This document shows, one piece after another, positions 56,834 through 64,000 of a stretch of DNA of 64,000 bases. The translations under genes were made by a program, and so were the position numbers. Origin of the DNA: Candidatus Bathyarchaeota archaeon (lineage in GTDB: Archaea; Thermoproteota; Bathyarchaeia; Bathyarchaeales; DTEX01); contig CAVQNT010000003.1 of the NCBI GenBank assembly GCA_963714275.1, positions 160,001 to 224,000 on the forward strand, read 5' to 3'. The notes below the pieces were generated by a model. The model searched no databases. It was not told the DNA's origin and saw nothing but the letters and a program-made list of their open reading frames with translations. How positions within the stretch are numbered: position 1 is the stretch's first letter; each line of letters starts with the position of its first letter.

Positions 56834-57821
56834 ATGAGTAAGATGAAAAATATTCCAGAGGATAGTGAAAAAGGTCAGATTGAGAAAGTAAAAATGGCTC
56901 TTTTGGGGATGCAGAGGTACAATTGGGAGCAGGGAGTGGCTGCGCAGGCTATGCTAGAGTTGGGTGATGACCAATGGGTTGTATCTCTGGCAAGGGCTGC
57001 TGTGATGCGGCAACAGAACGGAAGGTTCTCAGTTATCGGCAACCATGACCCATTGACAGATTCAGCAAGCGTTGGTGAAGCAGTTTTACACGCAGGAAAG
57101 GTCACCGGTGATCCATTATATTCTAAGGCAGCGGAGGAAATGCTTCACCTGTTGCTCACAACCGATCACAGAAGCGTGAACGGAGCGCTTTACCACGTGA
57201 ATTTACGTAAGGAGATTTGGGTGGACGCATACTACATGGCTCCTCCGTTTATGGCGGTTGCAGGACACCCCAAAGAGGCAGTAACACAGATAGAGGGATA
57301 CCGGGAATACCTCTGGAACAATGAAGACAAGATGTATTCTCACATATGGGATGACGAGAAGAAGGAGTTCATCAGAAGAGACTATTGGGGAGTCGGAAAC
57401 GGGTGGGCTGCAGGCTGGAATAACGAGGGTCATCCGAGCCCTCCCAGAAAACATGAAACAAGATAGGAACAGGCTCATCACCTACGTAAAGGAAGTTATA
57501 GATGGCTGCATTGCTCACCTACGAGATGACGGCCTTTTCCACAATGTCGTCAACGACCCGACAACCTTTATTGAGACCAACCTTGGACAAATGATCAGTT
57601 ACTCAATCTTCAGAGGAGTCGAAGGAGGTTGGTTGAACAATTCGTACATAAAGCCTGCTGAAAAAATGAGAAAAGCAGCAAGATCCAAGGTTGACCGTTA
57701 CGGTCTTGTACAAGGCGTTTGCGGCGTCCCAGAATTCAACCATTCCTACATAGCCCCAGAAGGACAAGCCTTCTTCCTTCTCATGGAAGCCGCTGCTAGA
57801 GACTTGGAATCTCACGCCTAA
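56834..57821 (+). CDS. GH105/GH88 unsaturated glycuronyl hydrolase; frameshift near 57415
   Basis: WVDAYYMAPPF, WGVGNGW and GLFHNV...FIET. Confidence 0.85.
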
Positions 57822-57895
57822 AGACGCACGATACGAGAGATACATTATTTCCGCAATTGTATCCTGAAAAGAATAGCTGAAATTAGGAAAAATCC

Positions 57896-59031
57896 TCAGA
57901 TGGTCGGTTTGTATTCAAGCCCAGCTTCTTTTCCAGCTGTTTCTTTGAGGAAACTGACTAGTTCGTCTTCTTTGGGAAATATTTTCGTCGCGTACCACTC
58001 GAAGAACGGACTGGGTTCAAACGGATAAAACACGTAAACAAATTTCGCTAGCCCCTTGGCTTGAACCATTTCGCACAAGACTCCGGCTGACAGCCTGTTC
58101 TCTGGGGTGATAGGCGACTACGTATGAGCCGCTTTCGATGATTTTGTAGTCAATGTCGATGACCTGAGCGCGAAGATTGTTGATCGCAGCCTCAATGTCC
58201 CAAGAATCCACCTCATACTTCTTTACACCATCAAAGTATCGTATTGTGACATTGATTTTTTCAGGCAGACCTTTACCCTTCGCCATTGCCTCGTTACACA
58301 CGGTTCGCCAAGTCTCGACTAACTCCCAATCCTTAATCATGTAAGGGTCAAAAATCGTATAGTACGGTTGAAGGGCAGCTGCGAACCGTCTGACCTTATT
58401 AAAGAAATCTGAATTCTCTCCCGTGATTGGGTGGCTTAGGTAAACCTTCTTTTTATGACTGTTGTAGATTAGGTCTTCCAGCAGGTCTATTCCGTGTTCC
58501 TTGGCAACGACGTAGAACTCTTTATGTGGCGTGAAGTCTCGAGAAAAGTTGTAGATTCCCGTGATCTCCTCCCTTCTCCACTGCGAAAGCTCGATAAGCG
58601 TGAAGCCGTGTTCCCTCCATTGCGGATCATCTTTTAATCGTTCTCTAACTCTGACTAAGTCATCTGCGACAACGAGGAAAAAGTCAGGATTCAAGGCTTT
58701 TACTTCACGTTCCTCCAATCCCTTGTAGGATTTTCCTTTCCACTCAAAATGGTAAGGCGTGCTTATGACGTGAACGCCGTCCTTGTTTCCGATCTCCTTG
58801 ATGATTCTTTCTAACGCTGCAGCTCGAAAACTTTCCAGTTGCATGGGTTTGCTGTCGTAAAAATCCAGAACGTTCAACTTGTTTAGGGTGTACCCTTGTT
58901 TCTTCAGCTTCTTCAACAAGGTATTCGAACAGGTGATAATAGAAGAAATCACGTTTGCCCCTTAGTTCCTGAAGATACTCGTCTCTTCCAGAACCAGGCT
59001 GTCCCGCGCAGATTACCACGGTCTTCTTCAT
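57896..59031 (-). CDS. P-loop nucleoside monophosphate kinase-like domain fused to a nucleoside deoxyribosyltransferase-like domain; 2 frameshifts
   Basis: GQPGSGRD P-loop; WRREE adenylate-kinase-like motif; VYLSHPI...DYKII...SAGVLCEM NDT-like motifs. Confidence 0.6.
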
Positions 59032-59079
59032 GTTCAACCACCTACAACATAAAATGAACTATAATCTTATTATCTTAGT

Positions 59080-59211
59080 GTCTTCCCGTCTAAAGGTAAG
59101 GGAGACTTTTTCTTTCTCGTCGAAAATTTGGGCGTGTCGTGGGTTATAACTGTCACCGTTAATTGTGATACCCCACGGAGTCTCAGCCTCGTATCTGAGT
59201 GAGCTGACTCC
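59080..59211 (+). ncRNA. Candidate structured RNA with three hairpins
   Basis: Stems at 59080-59106, 59138-59177 and 59177-59211 in a GC-richer intergenic patch. Confidence 0.35.
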
Positions 59212-59278
59212 AGCAAAGCTTAATTAAGTTATTGGCACCATTGTAACGTAATTCGATTTATTATACACGGGGTTAACT

Positions 59279-59974
59279 GTGTTGATTGAGGATTTTACGG
59301 TGAACTTAAGCAAGTTCGAGGAGCTGCTGCAGGAAATATCTGCGAGCACCACAAGCGGAGTAATATCTGAAAGGATGTCTCCATCGGACATTTGGAAGAA
59401 ATCTGAGGCAGACGTGACTACTTTACGGAACCTCACTGAACAAATTAAAAAATCGATGCTAATCCTAAAGCCCGAGAAAGCTTCAACGATAGAAAAACTT
59501 TCAGCAACAATGCTGCAGTCTCTAAGTAAATTCAAAGAATTCCTTTTCAAAAAGGGAGAGCAAGCCCTCAACTCTAAATTGGCTCTTGATGAGCTTAGGA
59601 GGGCGATGATTGAGAGTTCCAGTCTCCTCGATTTGGCGAAGGAAATCAAGAACAACCCGTCTGAAGGAATCGCGGCGATTCTTAAACTGAAGGAAGTTTA
59701 CGACTCGAAAGAGTACCTTTCAGCAATCCCTGTGCCTGAGGTTACCTATGTGAGGTTCGCGAGCTTAAAGAACGACATAGAAAGCCTCAAACTCGCAGTG
59801 ACAAATCTTGAACGCCAATTAAGCGAACTCAGAACGAACTTGGACAGCGTCGTCGAAGAAATCTCCAAGTTCAGGGTTCTGCCTGCTGAAAAAACGAGAG
59901 GGAAACCAAAGGAAGCTGAAGAAGCCAGCGACGAAGATTTCGATCCTGAACCTTCCTTAATCACAAAAGAATAG
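59279..59974 (+). CDS. Hypothetical coiled-coil protein
   Basis: All-helical, heptad-rich ORF with an acidic tail. Confidence 0.65.
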   Translation: MLIEDFTVNLSKFEELLQEISASTTSGVISERMSPSDIWKKSEADVTTLRNLTEQIKKSMLILKPEKASTIEKLSATMLQSLSKFKEFLFKKGEQALNSKLALDELRRAMIESSSLLDLAKEIKNNPSEGIAAILKLKEVYDSKEYLSAIPVPEVTYVRFASLKNDIESLKLAVTNLERQLSELRTNLDSVVEEISKFRVLPAEKTRGKPKEAEEASDEDFDPEPSLITKE

Positions 59975-60011
59975 AGACAATTTTAACCCACCTTTTTGGT
60001 GCTAGAAAAGG

Positions 60012-60452
60012 ATGTCGATGGTTGACATTACCGCAAAACCTGCGGTTCACAGAGAAGCAACAGCGAAAGGGCAATTGAAACTTAGAAAAGAAACCGTAGC
60101 CCTCATCAAGCAAGGCAAAATCGAAAAGGGAGACCCTTTCCAAGTCGCGAAAGTAGCAGGCGTACTGGCAGCCAAGAAAACGAGTTCTATTGTGCCTTTG
60201 TGTCACCCGATTCCTTTAACAAGCATAAAAATTAACCTGCGAATTGTGGACGACGCTGTTGAGGTAGAATCAACCGTAAAGACCAAGGCTCAAACAGGCG
60301 TGGAGATGGAAGCCCTCACTGCGACTGCGGTGGCTCTCTTGACAGTTTGGGACATGACCAAACAGTACGAAAAAGACGCTGAAGGACAATACCCTTACAC
60401 AGCAATCCGCGACATACGAGTCACGAGTAAGCTGAAGGAAAAGCAGCAATGA
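60012..60452 (+). CDS. moaC: Cyclic pyranopterin monophosphate synthase
   Basis: MVDIT, PLCHPI and TGVEMEALT. Confidence 0.95.
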   Translation: MSMVDITAKPAVHREATAKGQLKLRKETVALIKQGKIEKGDPFQVAKVAGVLAAKKTSSIVPLCHPIPLTSIKINLRIVDDAVEVESTVKTKAQTGVEMEALTATAVALLTVWDMTKQYEKDAEGQYPYTAIRDIRVTSKLKEKQQ

Positions 60453-60982
60453 GCGAAACATCAACGATACACAAGGCTGAAGCTCCTAAGACTCTCAATT
60501 ATGCAGTAATCACCTGTAGTACGTCGCGGTACAGAGAGTTCGCTGAAACAGGAAAAATCGATGATCCGTCTGGAGACCTGATCGCCCAGATTCTTAGGAG
60601 CAACGGGCAACGGGTTACGTTGCGGAGACTGGTTTCAGACGACAAGTCGACGATACAGCAGGCAGTAACAAAGGCTTTGAAGTCGAGGAAGACTGACGCG
60701 ATAGTCACGACAGGTGGGACAGGAATAAGCCACACTGACGTAACAATTGAGGCTGTTCAACTGCTTCTTGACAAGGAAATTCCGGGATTCGGGCAGCTCT
60801 TCCGAACAATCAGCTACCAAAAAATCGGCTCACCCGCAGTTTTAACACGGGCACTGGCTGGCGTAGCAAGAGGAAAACCCATTTTCTGTCTGCCCGGTTC
60901 TCCACAAAGCGTGTCTCTAGCGCTTGAAACTCTTATTCTGCCTGAGGCAGGCCACATTTTTAAGCATGCACGCGAGACATAG
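60449..60982 (+). CDS. moaB: Molybdopterin adenylyltransferase MoaB/MogA
   Basis: TTGGTG, DVTIEA, PGFG and CLPGSP. Confidence 0.92.
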   Translation: MSETSTIHKAEAPKTLNYAVITCSTSRYREFAETGKIDDPSGDLIAQILRSNGQRVTLRRLVSDDKSTIQQAVTKALKSRKTDAIVTTGGTGISHTDVTIEAVQLLLDKEIPGFGQLFRTISYQKIGSPAVLTRALAGVARGKPIFCLPGSPQSVSLALETLILPEAGHIFKHARET

Positions 60983-61004
60983 GTTCAAAAAATTTTTATG
61001 CAGG

Positions 61005-62229
61005 TCATTTTTTGGTTGAAAGATAGTTCACCATGTCCTCGTCAAAGTCGAACCATCTGGATAATCCGTTCTTCATCGTTTCGTTGGTTTGGAAAATTAT
61101 GCGTAGGTACGGAACAACGTCTTTTGCAGCTTGGTTCGATGATATGTGGCACCGTTTCCCTATTTTCAGACCGATGACTGTCATCATTTCCCGTTGCGCC
61201 CTCGAATGAGACATAGTCATGATGCGGGTGGGGAACCTGAAGGGCACCCAACCTGAGGTTCTATGATTCCAAGAAACCGCGACGCCTGCTGTCATGAAAT
61301 CTATAAAGTACCTCATCAGGATCCAGTTTTGGGTGGCTCTGATTCGTCCGCGGTACATGTCGGCGGACGCAAGCATCTCCATGGTGGCAGCCGAGCTCTT
61401 TTGGGTCTTTGACTTGGTGAGGCACGTTTTCGTAAATCCATTCCAAAAGCATGTCTGGGTCGATGTCCGCAGCGTCAACCGCTCTTCTCGCGTCCCAAAC
61501 GTTTCCCGCATAAAAAATGTCACTGAGTACCTTGAAGATTGCTTCTTTCCTGTCTCGGGTCGAAAGCCACGACACATCGTCGTAGGCTAATTGTTTCTTG
61601 CCTTGGGCTAACGCTTGAAGGTCGTTGACTGCTGATCTGAGGTCGCCGCTGGCTCTTTCAGCTACGAGTCTCAAAGCGTCAGCTTCGGCTTCGACGCCTT
61701 CTCGGCTGCAGATTTTTTTGAGATAGGCTTCTATGTCTGTCCTCGCAAGTTTCTTGAACTCTACTAGCTGACAATGTTCCCGCAAAGTCGAAAATCGGGG
61801 CTCATACACATTGTTCGCCGTTAGAATGATGGGCGAACCTGTGGTTTTCACGATGTCAGTTATGACGCGAAGTCCCCCTCGGTCCGCTGTGCCTGTTATG
61901 CCGTCGAGCTCGTCGAAAAGGATAAGACGTTTTTTTCCAAACAAGGTGCCGTAATGGCTGGCGGTGCCTGCGAATTTCTGGACAGCCTCAGCGGTTCTGT
62001 AGTTGCTGGCGTTGCTTTGTACGAGCTCCATACCGAGGTCGTTGGCTAAAACCTCGGCGACGACGGTTTTTCCTATTCCAGGCGACCCGTAAATGAAGAG
62101 GGCTCTTTTTTTAGGCGGTTTCCTGTCCCACTCGTGAACCCATTTCAGAATCTTGTCTTTCGCTATTTGGTTTCCGACAACCTCAGCTAAGGTTTTTGGT
62201 TTGTACTTTATGGTCCACGGGACGAACAA
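61005..62229 (-). CDS. rfcL: Replication factor C large subunit; frameshift near 61390
   Basis: PWTIKYKPK, GSPGIGKT, NASN, DELDG and GDLRSAVNDLQ. Confidence 0.92.
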
Positions 62230-62235
62230 TTCTTA

Positions 62236-63203
62236 TTATCCTCTTTTTATTTCGGCTCCTGCCTCAACCAGTTTTGCCAGCAACGCGCTAAGCTGGATTT
62301 CCTCGTTTGAGCCCTGCAGCAGGCGGAAGTCCGCTTCGCCAATGACTTCGGCGAGCTTTACTTTCCACTTATCAGGGATGCTGAGCCTGAAGGTTTCGCT
62401 GTGAATTTGACCGATTATGTCGGTTCCAGCCAGTCCATACTTTAGAAGCATGTCTCTGAGCTTTTTCGGGCTTCAACGAAATCTCCGCTCAACGCCGTTA
62501 ACAGCATTTCCTGCACGTCCACCGGGTTTGCCCTACCGACGACTGAGTAAACGGTTTCTTCGTCTATGGGTTTACCGATTGACGCTGCCGTCTGAAGAAT
62601 GTTCGTGACTCTTCTCAGGTCTCCGCCGCTTATTTCCAGAATCGCTTCAAGCCCGTCATCCTTGATTGTTAAGCCTTCGTTATCGGTGATGCGTTTAATC
62701 CAGTTAACTGCGTGTTCCCGAGGCAAGTAGGTGAACCTGAAAGGCGCACATCTTGACTGGATGGGTTCAATAATTTTTCCGCTGTAGTTCGCGATGAGGA
62801 TGAACCGTGCGGTTTCCGTATATCGCTCCATAGTTCGCCTTAAGGCTTGTTGAGCGTCACCGGTCATGTTGTCGGCTTCGTCGAGGATGAGAACCTTGAA
62901 GCTAACCTCACCGATGAACTTGGTCCTCGCAAAGGTCTTCACGGTTTCCCGCACAACGTTTATGCCTCTTTCGTCGCTGGCGTTCAGTTCCATCACGTAA
63001 TCACGGTAGCTCGGTCCGTAGAGGTCGCGGGCTAGGCACAGGGCAGCCGTGGTTTTTCCTGTTCCTGGCGGTCCAGCGAAGATGCAGTGGGGGACGTTTT
63101 GGGCTTTGACAAAGCTTTTGAGTCTGTTGACGATTTGTTCTTGGTCTACTATGTCGATAAGCGAGTGAGGACGGTACTTTTCTGTCCACATTTCATAACT
63201 CAA
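62236..63203 (-). CDS. rfcS: Replication factor C small subunit; frameshift near 62462
   Basis: WTEKYRP, GPPGTGKT, ELNASDERG and IQSRC; no intein. Confidence 0.95.
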
Positions 63204-63359
63204 CGTAGGGCACCTTGACCTTAAGAGTCAATATTCGTTTTGAAATATGCCGTAGGACGCTATTAAGTCTTAGATTTTCTGGGTTGCGTTCTGTCCGTTC
63301 TTAAGTAATATTTATAACGTGGTTATAGTATTTTGTGTTTGAAGAGAGGAGGTTGCATC

Positions 63360-63902
63360 ATGAGCGAGTATGCAGTTATTTTGGTCGACATGTTGAACGA
63401 TTTTGTTTCGGGAAGCCTGAAGTGCGACAGAGCCCAGCACATAATTCCCAATTTGAGGAGGCTGGTTGAAGCTGCACGGCGGAACGGCGTAGATGTGGTT
63501 TACAGTAACGACTCTCATTACCCTCAGGACCACGAGGTTGTTGCACGGTGGGGCAGCCATGCGATTAAGGGCACGGAGGGAGCTGAGGTGATTTCGGAGC
63601 TGAAGCCGGAGGCGAAGGACTACGTTGTTGACAAGAGGACTTATAGCGGTTTCTACGAAACTGGTTTAGACCCTTTGTTGAGAAGTTTAGGCGTGAAAAC
63701 CGTCGTTCTGACTGGTTTACATACGAACATGTGTGTTAGGCACACTGCTGCGGACGCCTTTTTCCGGGGCTACAAAATCATTGTAGCGATAGACGGCGTG
63801 GAAGCCTTCACTCAGGAAGATCAAGAAAGCGGGATAAAGTATCTAGAATATGTCTACAATGCTGAGCTAAAGACAACAAATGAGATCATAAAAAAATTCT
63901 AA
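63360..63902 (+). CDS. Isochorismatase/cysteine hydrolase family protein
   Basis: VDMLNDF, KRTYSGF and TNMCVRHT. Confidence 0.9.
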   Translation: MSEYAVILVDMLNDFVSGSLKCDRAQHIIPNLRRLVEAARRNGVDVVYSNDSHYPQDHEVVARWGSHAIKGTEGAEVISELKPEAKDYVVDKRTYSGFYETGLDPLLRSLGVKTVVLTGLHTNMCVRHTAADAFFRGYKIIVAIDGVEAFTQEDQESGIKYLEYVYNAELKTTNEIIKKF

Positions 63903-64000
63903 AAAGTTTCGTTTGTCTTGTCGAAGCCATTCTTCTGAGTCTGTCAGCTTATTTAAGAAAAATATTTTTTTCATTTAGTGAGGATGCGGGTTCTACTGTC

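Noticed and set aside
59138-59211. TPP riboswitch (GCTGAGA on the minus strand)
   Set aside because: The downstream conserved CCTGA...TAATGC...GCG core is absent and the adjacent genes are not thiamine-related
61005-63203. rfcL/rfcS pseudogenisation or programmed frameshifting
   Set aside because: These are essential genes and the indel pattern is shared window-wide; an assembly artefact is most likely

Overview
Archaeal chromosome segment, most likely Bathyarchaeia (TACK). The markers are Elf1, a single-OB SSB, GGGP synthase, Ftr, Cdc6/Orc1, Fen1 and RFC. The window contains a replication origin: ORB boxes around an AT-rich stretch at ~23.28-23.66 kb, next to cdc6. Beside the origin are three uncharacterised DNA-binding genes, one of them membrane-anchored, and dense phased ATCAC/GTGAT arrays. 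Together these are a candidate origin-tethering or segregation module. The accessory regions carry four notable things: (i) a ~1560-aa degenerate-M28/PA/FtsX fusion flanked by two OPT-like membrane proteins; (ii) many glycan and uronate catabolism genes; (iii) a dispersed 40-bp bipartite repeat (8 copies at 4 loci) that always lies just 3' of an accessory gene; (iv) a hidden Cys-rich pseudogene. There is one tRNA-Ser(GCT). About 18 genes, including essential rfcS and rfcL, are split by single-base indels that are most likely long-read assembly errors; I report these as joined CDSs. All family assignments come from motif recognition by eye, and no searches were run.
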